Shown here piece after piece: positions 47,771 through 56,955 of a stretch of DNA of 64,000 nt. The position numbers and the translations under genes were made by a program. Source of the DNA: Bacteroidota bacterium (GTDB lineage Bacteria > Bacteroidota > Bacteroidia > Chitinophagales > Chitinophagaceae); contig JBDLUN010000144.1 in the NCBI GenBank assembly GCA_039805245.1, positions 162-64,161 of the forward strand, written 5' to 3'. The notes under the pieces are model-generated. The model was not told the DNA's origin, searched no databases, and worked only from the letters and a program-made list of their open reading frames with translations. Within the stretch, counting starts at the first letter, position 1. Each line of letters starts with the position of its first letter.

Positions 47771-48394
47771 ATGAATCCAGATTTGTATACGCCAGAACAT
47801 TTGTCTTCACTTCAAGCCGTTGAAGAGATTTGTTGGACACTGTTGCATGGTGGGGCTTCCAGCCGGAAATCCCCCATGCACCAGGCGTCCATTGCCACTG
47901 CCGTTGATGGCATAGCCCTCATGCGCACCGTTGTTTTGAGGCGTACTGATGCAGTAGGAAAGAAACTCTTCTTGCACACCGACGGGAGAAGCAAAAAGAT
48001 GCAGGATTTTGAAAAAGTGGATACCCTTTCCTGGTTGTTTTATGACCAGTCGGCTGCCACGCAAATCAGGTTGAGTGGTCGGATTCACCTGCATCATCAG
48101 GACGACCTTTGCAGGGAGCATTGGCTTAAAACAGGACACCACAGCAGAAGATATTACATGTCGGCCATAGCTCCATCAGTACCTCAAATTGAACCTTCTA
48201 CAGGACTTAATCCTGCATTGACTGCTTTTGCTTACACCCAGGAAGAAAGCGAAGTGGGCTTTGATTATTTTGTAGTAGTGGAAACGGCAATCAACTGGAT
48301 GGAATGGTATTATACACACCATACCGGTAACCGCAGGGCCGTTTTCAGGTATGGCAATGGGTCTGTTCAGGAGGCCCAATGGCTTTCACCATGA
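47771..48394 (+). CDS. Pyridoxamine 5'-phosphate oxidase-like FMN-binding protein
   Basis: RTVVLR, FLHTDGRSKK, QIRLSG, and terminal NRRAVF...W-L-S-P. Confidence 0.85.
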   Translation: MNPDLYTPEHLSSLQAVEEICWTLLHGGASSRKSPMHQASIATAVDGIALMRTVVLRRTDAVGKKLFLHTDGRSKKMQDFEKVDTLSWLFYDQSAATQIRLSGRIHLHHQDDLCREHWLKTGHHSRRYYMSAIAPSVPQIEPSTGLNPALTAFAYTQEESEVGFDYFVVVETAINWMEWYYTHHTGNRRAVFRYGNGSVQEAQWLSP

Positions 48395-48423
48395 TCGAAA
48401 TATAGCATTTACCGTTTTTTCAC

Positions 48424-48431
48424 TAACTTTG
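48424..48431 (+). promoter_or_regulatory. -7 promoter box (TAACTTTG) of the helicase gene, implying a ~110-nt 5' UTR
   Basis: Exact TAnnTTTG match. Confidence 0.6.
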
Positions 48432-48547
48432 CAGTATTCATATAGTCTCTCATCATCCCTGTTATTCTTACGTATCAAAGTTCATCAGGTCATTTTAGGC
48501 AGGTTATATAGTGCTGCCATGCAGCATTCACACTTAAATTTTACACA

Positions 48548-49861
48548 TTGTCATTCAAAGCATTGAATTTGATCGAGCCCATCTTGAGGTCGCTCGAAAC
48601 AGAGGGTTACAGTACCCCCACCCCCATCCAACAACAATCCATCCCTGTAGCCCTTGAAGGAAGAGACCTTCTGGGATGTGCACAAACAGGTACAGGAAAA
48701 ACAGCAGCCTTTTCCCTTCCCATCCTGCAACAACTCTATCTGGCCAAACAGCAGGGCACATTGCCCAAAGGAATCAGTACACTCATCCTTACTCCCACAA
48801 GGGAACTGGCAATCCAGATTGCAGAGAGTATCGGCGTTTATGGAAAACATCTGGGATTGAAGCATTTGGTCATTTTTGGAGGGGTTTCCCAACACCCCCA
48901 AACGGAAGCCCTTCGCAGGGGTACAGATATACTCATCGCCACACCAGGTAGGTTGCTTGATCTCATGCAACAGGGATTCATCAGCCTGACACAGATCAGC
49001 ATTTTTGTGCTGGATGAGGCCGATAGGATGCTGGACATGGGATTTATCCATGATGTGCGCAAAGTGATTGCCAAATTGCCTGCGAAACGCCAAACATTGT
49101 TCTTCTCCGCCACCATGCCTGCTGAAATCGCTACGCTGGCAGACAATATCCTGAATAGGCCTGTCAAGGTGGAAGTGACTCCAGTGTCATCCACCGCACA
49201 GACCATTGCACAGGCTGTTTATTATGTTGATAAGGGCGATAAGAAACACCTGCTTGTTCATATCCTACATGACAAATCTATTGAACGCGTATTGGTTTTT
49301 GCCCGCACCAAACATGGATCTGATAAGGTGGTCAAGGATTTGCACAAACACGGTATTCCTGCCGAAGCCATTCATGGTAACAAATCCCAGAATGCCCGGC
49401 AGCGAGCATTGGCCAATTTCAAAAGTGGAACCACCCGTGTGCTGGTGGCAACAGATATAGCCGCGAGGGGTATCGATATTGACGAACTCACCCACGTAGT
49501 CAATTATGAACTGCCCAATGTACCGGAAACCTATGTGCATAGGATTGGTAGAACCGGACGCGCCGGAGCCAGTGGCATCGCGCTGTCATTTTGCGATCTT
49601 GAAGAAAGGGAATACCTCCGGGACATACAGAAGCTGATTGGCAAAGTGGTTCCCGTTATAGCAGATCACCCCCATGTATTGGATGTAAGTCCGGTTGGCA
49701 TGTCTGCAATAGGCTCATCTAAGTCAAAACCTTCCATAAGACAAGAACAGCCATCAGGTCGGAAAGGTGGATTCCAACAACGCAATGATCCCCGACAAAG
49801 ACCTGCTCCAGCTCCGGAAAGAAGGGGCAGTAGGATGGTCATTGAAAAAAGACAAGGATAA
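48548..49861 (+). CDS. rhlE: DEAD-box ATP-dependent RNA helicase (RhlE-like), TTG start
   Basis: Q motif [36 protein letters not shown] and [10 protein letters not shown]. Confidence 0.93.
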   Translation: MSFKALNLIEPILRSLETEGYSTPTPIQQQSIPVALEGRDLLGCAQTGTGKTAAFSLPILQQLYLAKQQGTLPKGISTLILTPTRELAIQIAESIGVYGKHLGLKHLVIFGGVSQHPQTEALRRGTDILIATPGRLLDLMQQGFISLTQISIFVLDEADRMLDMGFIHDVRKVIAKLPAKRQTLFFSATMPAEIATLADNILNRPVKVEVTPVSSTAQTIAQAVYYVDKGDKKHLLVHILHDKSIERVLVFARTKHGSDKVVKDLHKHGIPAEAIHGNKSQNARQRALANFKSGTTRVLVATDIAARGIDIDELTHVVNYELPNVPETYVHRIGRTGRAGASGIALSFCDLEEREYLRDIQKLIGKVVPVIADHPHVLDVSPVGMSAIGSSKSKPSIRQEQPSGRKGGFQQRNDPRQRPAPAPERRGSRMVIEKRQG

Positions 49862-49891
49862 AAAAGAGAGGGGGTATAGAAATACCCCCTC
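49860..49891 (-). terminator. Intrinsic terminator whose better U-tract is on the minus strand (probably bidirectional)
   Basis: 10-bp stem GAGGGGGTAT/ATACCCCCTC (49868-49891). The minus strand continues TC-TTTTTT; the plus strand continues only GTTTG. Confidence 0.75.
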
Positions 49892-50182
49892 GTTTGTCTA
49901 ATAACTCTTAACGCTCGCACTAGGCCCGAAAGCCCGATGATTTTTCAATTCTGACATTATTGGATCTAAAATTTTACTGGTAGGTCTCGAGTACCGGTAT
50001 CAATATTATCTATATCAAATCAAGTTATTGATTATCAATTTATTTTGGTGCTTTTGCCAGGTTTTTGATAGTATCTTTTGGGATTTAAGCAGGGTTCCAA
50101 TGCGGAACTGATTTGCTGAGGTCTTCCTTGCAATGTATAAGGACTTGCAAAAAGGAAAAGGATTTGTTAACTTAGCGTTTGG

Positions 50183-50214
50183 CAAATATGAGTGAATATT
50201 AAACATTTAACAAA
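50183..50214 (-). promoter_or_regulatory. Putative leftward promoter divergent from oxyR
   Basis: Minus strand: TTTG (50214-50211), 20-bp spacer, CATATTTG (50190-50183; one mismatch to TAnnTTTG). Confidence 0.45.
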
Positions 50215-50234
50215 CTGAAATATTCTATCTAGGC

Positions 50235-50273
50235 ATAGAGTTAATCTATATTATCTATATTGGTTTTATCTAT
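50235..50273. promoter_or_regulatory. Putative OxyR/LysR binding site upstream of oxyR
   Basis: ATAG-N7-CTAT (50235-50249)-N7-ATAT-N9-CTAT, resembling the ATAG-N7-CTAT-N7-ATAG-N7-CTAT consensus. Confidence 0.55.
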
Positions 50274-50311
50274 ATTAGTCATATCTATTTCAGCCTTATA
50301 TTAGTAGAATT

Positions 50312-51256
50312 ATGAATATTCAGCAATTGGAGTATGTCATCGCACTGGATGATCATAGGCACTTTGTAACGGCTGCAGAAAAATGCCATGTCACACAAGC
50401 CACCTTGAGCATGATGGTCAAGAAACTTGAAGATGAGCTTGGGGTGAAACTGTTCGACAGAAGCAAAAAACCATTGGTACCAACCTCTGTAGGGAAAAGA
50501 ATCATATCACAGGCCCGCGTCATCATCCAGGAAGCATCGCGTATGGATGAAATCATTGGCTCGGAAAAGGGGGTCTTGAAAGGTGAACTGAGGCTCGGGG
50601 TAATACCCACATTGGCACCTTACGTCCTGCCCTTATTCGTAAAGGACTTTCTTCACAAATACCCTTTTGTTAAATTGAAAATAAGTGAAGTCACCACAGA
50701 TGAGATCATCTACAAGCTGGAGCAGGGTGACTTGGATGCCGGATTGATGGCCATTCCCCTGGGTAAAAAAGGATTGGTGGAACACCATCTGTTCAATGAA
50801 GAATTTGTGGTTTATGCTTCAGACAACCAGAGACTTCTCGAAAAAACCTATGTCATGCCTTCTGACATCGATCATAGCCAGCTTTGGTTATTGGAAGAAG
50901 GACATTGCATGCGTACCCAGGTGGTCAACCTTTGTGAACTGAAAGAAAGGGAAAGGGATTTGCACCAATTGGAATTTGAAGCCGGTAGCCTCAAAACCCT
51001 TAAGAAGGTTATCGACATCATGGATGGTATGACGGTATTGCCAATGTTGGCTATCAAGGAAATGAGTGAGCAAGAGCGGAAAAACATCCGTTATTTCAAA
51101 GCCCCGGCTCCGGTAAGGGAAATTGGTTTGGTAACTTACCGGTATTATGTCAAAGAATCCCTCGTGGAGGCCTTGAAAGATGTGATCCTGGCGAATATCC
51201 CTCTCGAAATTCCAGAGGGCTCACTGGCAGCCCCGCCGATGGTGATGAGGCCATAA
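50312..51256 (+). CDS. oxyR: Hydrogen peroxide-inducible genes activator (LysR family)
   Basis: HFVTAAEKCHVTQATLS HTH, GVIPTLAPY, and the redox cysteine pair in LLEEGHCMRTQVVNLC. Confidence 0.93.
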   Translation: MNIQQLEYVIALDDHRHFVTAAEKCHVTQATLSMMVKKLEDELGVKLFDRSKKPLVPTSVGKRIISQARVIIQEASRMDEIIGSEKGVLKGELRLGVIPTLAPYVLPLFVKDFLHKYPFVKLKISEVTTDEIIYKLEQGDLDAGLMAIPLGKKGLVEHHLFNEEFVVYASDNQRLLEKTYVMPSDIDHSQLWLLEEGHCMRTQVVNLCELKERERDLHQLEFEAGSLKTLKKVIDIMDGMTVLPMLAIKEMSEQERKNIRYFKAPAPVREIGLVTYRYYVKESLVEALKDVILANIPLEIPEGSLAAPPMVMRP

Positions 51257-51374
51257 ATTAACGTTTTCTTTTATCAGGAAGGGATAATTTCGCATCCCAA
51301 TAGCGGGGAATGGTATTGAACAAAACCATATGTCCCTTGTTATGGCTTCTTTGTTGTAGTTCTAAATTTCCGGT

Positions 51375-53099
51375 ATGGCAGGCATCGATGTGGAGGTTTC
51401 CCTCGGGAAATCCATCAGCAGATTTTTTGAAGTAATAAGGCTTGAAAAAAAAGAGGTTTCGGCCATCTATTTTTTTGCCATGCTGAGCGGGCTTATACAG
51501 CTTTCTCTTCCCTTAGGCATCCAAGCCATCATCAATTTTGCACAAGTTGCAGCAGGACAAAGCAAACTACCCGCTTCCATGTGGCTGTTGATTGTGATGG
51601 TTGTTTTGGGGGTGCTGTCTGCTGGTGTGCTGCAAGTGAGCCAAATGCGCGTTGTTGAAAAAATCCAGCAACGGATCTTCACCCGCTACGCATTGGAATT
51701 TACTTATATCATCCCCAAACTGAAGGTCGCTTCAACAGACCAATACCACCTGCCTGAATTGGTGAACCGATTCTTTGATACGGTTTCCCTCCAAAAAGCA
51801 CTTTCCAAATTATTGATCGATATCCCATTGGCAGTCATCCAAATACTTTTCGGATTGATACTGCTTTCTTTTTACAATCCGGTATTCATTGTATTGGGTT
51901 TGCTTTTGTTGACTATACTGTATGCAGTGTTGTATTATACCTCCAAACCCGGACTGGCAGCATCCCTTAGGGAAAGCAATTACAAGTATAGCGTAGCCGG
52001 TTGGCTGGAAGAGCTCGCGAGAACCTTCAAAACATTTAAGGTTGCCGGAAACAATAGCATCCACCTGAAGAAAACGGATAAAATCCTGGAAGGCTATCTG
52101 AAAGCGCGAACAGAACATTTCCAAGTCTTAAAATTCCAGTATTGGTCATTGATATTTTTCAAATTGCTGATCACCGCTGCCATGCTGATCATCGGAGCGT
52201 TTCTGTTGATGGATCAACAGCTCAATCTGGGTCAGTTTATCGCAGCCGAAATCGTCATCCTCACTGTGCTCGCTGCTGTAGAAAAGCTGATCCTCAGCCT
52301 GGATAAAGCCTATGACCTGCTGACCAGCATCGATAAACTCACCAAAGTAACCGATAAAGAAATTGAAACGGGAGGTAGCATGTTGTTTCGTCCGAACAAC
52401 CTGGGCATTGCTCTCCACTTGGAAAACCTCACCGTAGGATTTGATGAAAGCAAGCCCATACTCAGTGGCATCAATTTATCTATGATGCCCGGAGAGAAAG
52501 TTTGCATCATGGGTGATGCTTCCTCCGGCAAATCAACACTGTTGGAAGTGGTGACGGGAGCCTTGCAACATCAGCAGGGTTCGGTGCTGGTTAATGGTAT
52601 ACCCATCGGTAATTACCAGCCAGAAGCTTACCGTAAACACATTGGTGTATTTTACCATGATCAGGATATATTTGAGGGAACCCTGCTTGAAAACATCACC
52701 ATGGGTGACCCTGCCATTGAGATTCAAACCTTGATGCCTCTGGTGGAAATGGTAGGACTGAAGTCATTCCTCAGTTCCCTACCGGCAGGATTTGATACCC
52801 TGCTGCAACCCACCGGAAAGGGACTCTCCAGCATTATTGCCAAAAAAATCCTGCTACTCAGGGCCTTCACCGGAAATCCGGAATTACTCCTGCTAGACGA
52901 ACCCTTTGAAATGGCAGGTGGGGAACAGTGGCGAAAAATTGAGCATCATCTGTTGGAATTGAAAAATACCAGTATGCTTGTGGTAACAGGTAATATTGAA
53001 TTCGCAAAGCAGTGTGACAAGCTGGTCATCCTGGAAAACGGTAAGGTTAAAAAAAGCGGTAGTCCCTTGATGATACTGCAAGAGGAGGGAAAGATCTGA
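51375..53099 (+). CDS. T1SS-type ABC exporter (TMD+NBD, no C39 peptidase domain)
   Basis: ABC membrane domain (PELVNRFFDT, GQFIAAEI), Walker A GDASSGKST and Walker B LLLDEP; signature motif degenerate. Confidence 0.88.
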   Translation: MAGIDVEVSLGKSISRFFEVIRLEKKEVSAIYFFAMLSGLIQLSLPLGIQAIINFAQVAAGQSKLPASMWLLIVMVVLGVLSAGVLQVSQMRVVEKIQQRIFTRYALEFTYIIPKLKVASTDQYHLPELVNRFFDTVSLQKALSKLLIDIPLAVIQILFGLILLSFYNPVFIVLGLLLLTILYAVLYYTSKPGLAASLRESNYKYSVAGWLEELARTFKTFKVAGNNSIHLKKTDKILEGYLKARTEHFQVLKFQYWSLIFFKLLITAAMLIIGAFLLMDQQLNLGQFIAAEIVILTVLAAVEKLILSLDKAYDLLTSIDKLTKVTDKEIETGGSMLFRPNNLGIALHLENLTVGFDESKPILSGINLSMMPGEKVCIMGDASSGKSTLLEVVTGALQHQQGSVLVNGIPIGNYQPEAYRKHIGVFYHDQDIFEGTLLENITMGDPAIEIQTLMPLVEMVGLKSFLSSLPAGFDTLLQPTGKGLSSIIAKKILLLRAFTGNPELLLLDEPFEMAGGEQWRKIEHHLLELKNTSMLVVTGNIEFAKQCDKLVILENGKVKKSGSPLMILQEEGKI

Positions 53100-53100
53100 T

Positions 53101-54444
53101 ATGAAAAACATTATCCGAACCATCGAAAAGGAGACAGGCTATGCTCCTCAAGCGCCTGAAAAGATTTACCGGGCACATCGGGAAAGCAACGTGAAATATT
53201 GGTTCTCAGGTATCCTGACCTTCTTGGCCATCCTGCTGTTTTTGCCCTGGACGCAAAATATCAATGCCTCAGGAACGGTAACCACCTTGTATCAGGACCA
53301 GCGTCCACAGGAAATCAATGCCATCATCCCCGGCAGAATCATCAAATGGTGGGTGAAAGAAGGCGATATGGTCAAAAAGGGGGATACCCTGGTGCAGTTG
53401 GCTGATGTGAAGGATGATTACCTGGATCCTCAACTCCTGCAACGGACCGAAGAACAGATCCTTTCCAAGCAGCAAAAAATTGGTTTTTACGAGGATAAGA
53501 TTAGTGCAACGGAAAGTCAAGTGGCAGCCATTGAAATGTCGCGGGACTTCAAACTCAGTTCCCTGGAAAACAAGCTGGAACAGCTGAAACGCAAAGTGAT
53601 AAGCGACAGTGCTGAACTTACGGCAGCAGAAATCGACTTGGGTATCGCCACTCAGCAATTCAACCGTGCCAAACAAATGTTCAGCGAAGGCATAATAGCC
53701 CTGACTGAATTGGAACGTAGGACTGCCCAATACAATAAAATGCAGGCCTCTGCTACTGAAAAAAGACAAAAGTTTTTCAATACCCGTCAGGATATCACCA
53801 TCACAGAAATTGATATGAAGGGTGTCAGCCAGGACGCTGCAGACAAAATCTTCAAGGCCAAAAGTGAAATTGCAGGCGCACGCAGTGAAGTGGCTTCAAC
53901 TGGAGGAGATTTGGCTAAAAACACCAACCAATTGGCCAACTACGCTATTAGGGGGAGTCAGCGCTGGCTGCTGGCACCTCAGGATGGGCAATTGATCAGT
54001 GCCAAAAAACAGGGCCTCAACGAAATGGTTAAGGAAGGTGAAACGATTGCAGAAATTGTGCCTACCCAAACCGACCTGGCAGTGGAATTGTATGTGGCTC
54101 CACAAGACCTGGTGTTGATCAGCAAGGGTCAAGAGGTGCGACTCATTTTCGATGGTTTTCCGGCCATCGTTTTTTCAGGATGGCCTGCTGCCAGCTATGG
54201 TACATTTTTAGGTGAAGTCATTGCAGTAGAAACAAACGTCAATCCCAACGGTAAATTCAGGATTTTGGTTGTACCGGGTAAAAATGAAAAACAGTGGCCT
54301 GTCAATGTCCGCTTTGGAGCCGGTGTCAAAGGCTTTGCCATGCTGAAGAACGTGAGTATCTGGTATGAATTGTGGCGTCAGATCAATGGCTTCCCACCAG
54401 AATATTACCTGCCGGGAACAGTATCCAAAGACAAAAAGAAATGA
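53101..54444 (+). CDS. HlyD-family periplasmic adaptor
   Basis: LPWTQNI, lipoyl halves (IIKWWVKEGDMVKKGD; APQDG), coiled coil, FDGFPA and YELWRQINGFPP. Confidence 0.92.
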   Translation: MKNIIRTIEKETGYAPQAPEKIYRAHRESNVKYWFSGILTFLAILLFLPWTQNINASGTVTTLYQDQRPQEINAIIPGRIIKWWVKEGDMVKKGDTLVQLADVKDDYLDPQLLQRTEEQILSKQQKIGFYEDKISATESQVAAIEMSRDFKLSSLENKLEQLKRKVISDSAELTAAEIDLGIATQQFNRAKQMFSEGIIALTELERRTAQYNKMQASATEKRQKFFNTRQDITITEIDMKGVSQDAADKIFKAKSEIAGARSEVASTGGDLAKNTNQLANYAIRGSQRWLLAPQDGQLISAKKQGLNEMVKEGETIAEIVPTQTDLAVELYVAPQDLVLISKGQEVRLIFDGFPAIVFSGWPAASYGTFLGEVIAVETNVNPNGKFRILVVPGKNEKQWPVNVRFGAGVKGFAMLKNVSIWYELWRQINGFPPEYYLPGTVSKDKKK

Positions 54445-54445
54445 T

Positions 54446-55837
54446 ATGTACAAACTGATCATTTGCCTTTTTGCCTGCCTCAGTACCCTGCATGCCCAAG
54501 AGAAATATCTTTCCCTGGAAGATGCCAATGCAATCATCCGCAATTATCACCCGGTTGTACGCCAGGCCAAACTTGAAGTTGCGCAAGCTGATGCGGCATT
54601 GCAGGCTGCAAGGGGACTCTTTGATCCATCCTTCTACAATACCCTGGAGCAGAAAACCTTCAACGGAACGGATTATTTCAATTACAACAGTCAAACGCTG
54701 AAAATACCAACCTGGTTTGGGGTGGATATCAAAGCAGGATTGGAAAACAATACAGGTCTTCGTACAGACCCGTCTTTGACCACTGATAAAAGCACTTATG
54801 TCGGCATTTCCATTCCTGTGCTGAAGGGCTTGCTCTTCGATAAACGCAGGGCGGCCGTGCAACAGGGCAAACTTTTTGTTCGCATGAGTCAGCAAGAGCA
54901 GAGGCTGATGATCAATGAATTGTTGCTGGAAGCCAGTATGACTTACTGGAAATGGGCAGCAGCACACCGGGTCAATGCTGTGCTTTCTAAGGCTTTAACC
55001 GTCAGTGAAAACCGTTACAACCTGGTACGCAAGTCCTGGTTGTCTGGCGACCGTGCAGCCATTGATACCGTAGAAGCAATGGCTCAACTGCAGGCTGTAC
55101 AGGTCATGCAAAGCCAGGCTGGATATGAGCTGCAGAAGGCAAGACTGATGCTCGGCAATTTCATGTGGACACCCGAGAGCAAACCGTATGATCTGCCTGA
55201 AGAGGTTTTGCCTGATACTTCCTGGATGGCTGTACCGGTAAAGGCTTATCCTGTTCCCGTTTTGGATGATATGCTGAAACTGGCTTTGGAAACACATCCT
55301 AAGCTGATGAATACACAGTTGAAAGGGGATGTGTTAACCATTGAAAAAAGGGCCAAGTTCCAATCGCTCTTACCGAAATTCGATATCAGTTATAATTTTC
55401 TCAACAAAGGCTATGGGTTGAACAAGACTTTTTCGCAACCCCTGTTTGAGAACAACTATAAGTATGGGGCTCAATTTGCATTGCCTTTGTTTCAGCGGGA
55501 GGCAAGGGGTGATTACCGCTTGGCCAAATTGAAGTTGCAAGACAACCTGTTGGAATTGGACAAACTCAAACTGGAAATCGGTAACAAAGTGAAGGCAGTG
55601 TATGCTGAGATATTGGCCATGCAACAACAGGTCCTTTTTATGCAGCAGAATACCCTGAATCAGCAACTGTTGTTGCAGGCGGAGGAAACGAAGTTCAATT
55701 TGGGTGAGAGCAGCCTTTTCCTGGTAAATGCAAGGGAAAATAAGCTGCTTGAAACGGAACAGAAGTATGCTGAACTCCGCTCCAAATTTTTCATTAGCCT
55801 GCAAGCCATTCAGGCTGCGGCAGGAACACTTCGCTGA
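54446..55837 (+). CDS. TolC-family outer-membrane efflux protein
   Basis: Signal peptide from ATG 54446, ARGLFDP, duplicated OEP repeats and GESSLFLVNARE. Confidence 0.92.
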   Translation: MYKLIICLFACLSTLHAQEKYLSLEDANAIIRNYHPVVRQAKLEVAQADAALQAARGLFDPSFYNTLEQKTFNGTDYFNYNSQTLKIPTWFGVDIKAGLENNTGLRTDPSLTTDKSTYVGISIPVLKGLLFDKRRAAVQQGKLFVRMSQQEQRLMINELLLEASMTYWKWAAAHRVNAVLSKALTVSENRYNLVRKSWLSGDRAAIDTVEAMAQLQAVQVMQSQAGYELQKARLMLGNFMWTPESKPYDLPEEVLPDTSWMAVPVKAYPVPVLDDMLKLALETHPKLMNTQLKGDVLTIEKRAKFQSLLPKFDISYNFLNKGYGLNKTFSQPLFENNYKYGAQFALPLFQREARGDYRLAKLKLQDNLLELDKLKLEIGNKVKAVYAEILAMQQQVLFMQQNTLNQQLLLQAEETKFNLGESSLFLVNARENKLLETEQKYAELRSKFFISLQAIQAAAGTLR

Positions 55838-55863
55838 TATTCATACAAAAGCTGATATAGATC

Positions 55864-56919
55864 TTATTCCACTTTCAGCAACACATGTTTGATTTTCTTC
55901 CGCTTCCAGGTATAGGTGATATGCACCAGGCCATCAGCGGTTTGAATGACATATGGGTAGGAAAACTCCATCTTAGGCTCATTTTCCAGGATGGCCAAAG
56001 GCTCCCAGTTTTTCCCGTCACGAGAGATCGCAATATTCAAAGGTGATCGTCCGCCCCATCCTTCTTTAACAGATTCCGGAGGTTTCACATTGTTATAAAC
56101 CAGCAAATGCCTGCCATCCCTTAAGGTGATGGCATCAATGCCTGAATTGTTGTTGGGCATGGGGGTTTGCTGCAAAGGTTGCCAGGTGCGACCATTATCG
56201 TAGCTCCAGGTTTCATTGATGGTGCGGTTCTGGCTGCGTGTCAGGGCTTGCAATGTTTTGCTGTCATGTCTCAGCACAGCCGGCTGGATACCGCTAATGG
56301 GTTTGGCATCGTTGAGGTCTGGACCTTTGCTCCAAGTGCGTCCATTGTCTTTGGTGAATTCAAAGTGAACTTTCCATCCATCTCGCTCCGTACTCGAAGG
56401 ACAAATCAGCAAACCATCTGCAAAGTAGGGTTGGTTGCGGATGGGGCCCAGGATGCCGTCTGGCAGGCGTTCTGCAGGCCCCCAGGTGAGTCCCAAATCA
56501 GTTGACCGCTTCATCCAGCCTGTCCAATCAACCACCCTCGGACCGATTTTATAAAATAACAGCAACTCCCCGTCAGGTGCAAGGAACAATACGGGATTAT
56601 AGCAGGCGTAACGTGTTGTAGCATCAATGAAGCCATCTGCTGCGAGGGTTGGAGCCGACCATTGTCCGCCGACAAACCTGCTCATATAGATGTTTACATC
56701 CTTGTGCCCTTCTCTGGTGCCACCAAACCAAGCTGCCACCAGCCCATTGGGTGTTTCAACAATGGTTGATGCATGGCATTCAGGGAACGGTGCAGATTCA
56801 TAAATGAACCGGTCTGCAATGATTCCGTTTCTGTCTGAAGCAGGGATACTTTCCCGCTGCACTTGGGCATATGGGAAAAGATGCAACATCAATGCAATGG
56901 CTGTCAGGATCTTTTTCAT
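55864..56919 (-). CDS. BNR/Asp-box beta-propeller, sialidase-family (BNR_2) protein
   Basis: Asp-boxes STDLGLTW, TKDNGRTW, SYDNGRTW and SRDGKNW; CHASTI, NNNSG and FSYP. No RIP motif, so activity is uncertain. Confidence 0.8.
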   Translation of the reverse strand: MKKILTAIALMLHLFPYAQVQRESIPASDRNGIIADRFIYESAPFPECHASTIVETPNGLVAAWFGGTREGHKDVNIYMSRFVGGQWSAPTLAADGFIDATTRYACYNPVLFLAPDGELLLFYKIGPRVVDWTGWMKRSTDLGLTWGPAERLPDGILGPIRNQPYFADGLLICPSSTERDGWKVHFEFTKDNGRTWSKGPDLNDAKPISGIQPAVLRHDSKTLQALTRSQNRTINETWSYDNGRTWQPLQQTPMPNNNSGIDAITLRDGRHLLVYNNVKPPESVKEGWGGRSPLNIAISRDGKNWEPLAILENEPKMEFSYPYVIQTADGLVHITYTWKRKKIKHVLLKVE

Positions 56920-56955
56920 ACTTGAAAATACATCATCCCGACAAATCCACAAGCG

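Noticed and set aside
49921-49940. CGAAAGCCCGATGA resembling hammerhead core elements
   Set aside because: GAAA and the imperfect CUGAUGA-like segment are only a few nt apart, leaving no room for the required stems; the fold is better on the opposite strand.
49977-49997. GGTAGGTCTCGAGTACC as a tRNA 3' fragment or att site
   Set aside because: No T-arm GTTCRA, no cloverleaf, no integrase and no second copy in the window.
50027-50039. ATTGAT-T-ATCAAT palindrome as an FNR or Fur box
   Set aside because: The spacing (N1) fits neither FNR (N4) nor a Fur 7-1-7 box well. A related stretch occurs at about 44648-44657, so it may be a generic AT-rich intergenic motif.
50015-50206. 63-aa minus-strand ORF in the rhlE-oxyR gap
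   Set aside because: Its start lies inside the predicted promoter (upstream of the TSS), its composition is AT-biased and it has no motif.
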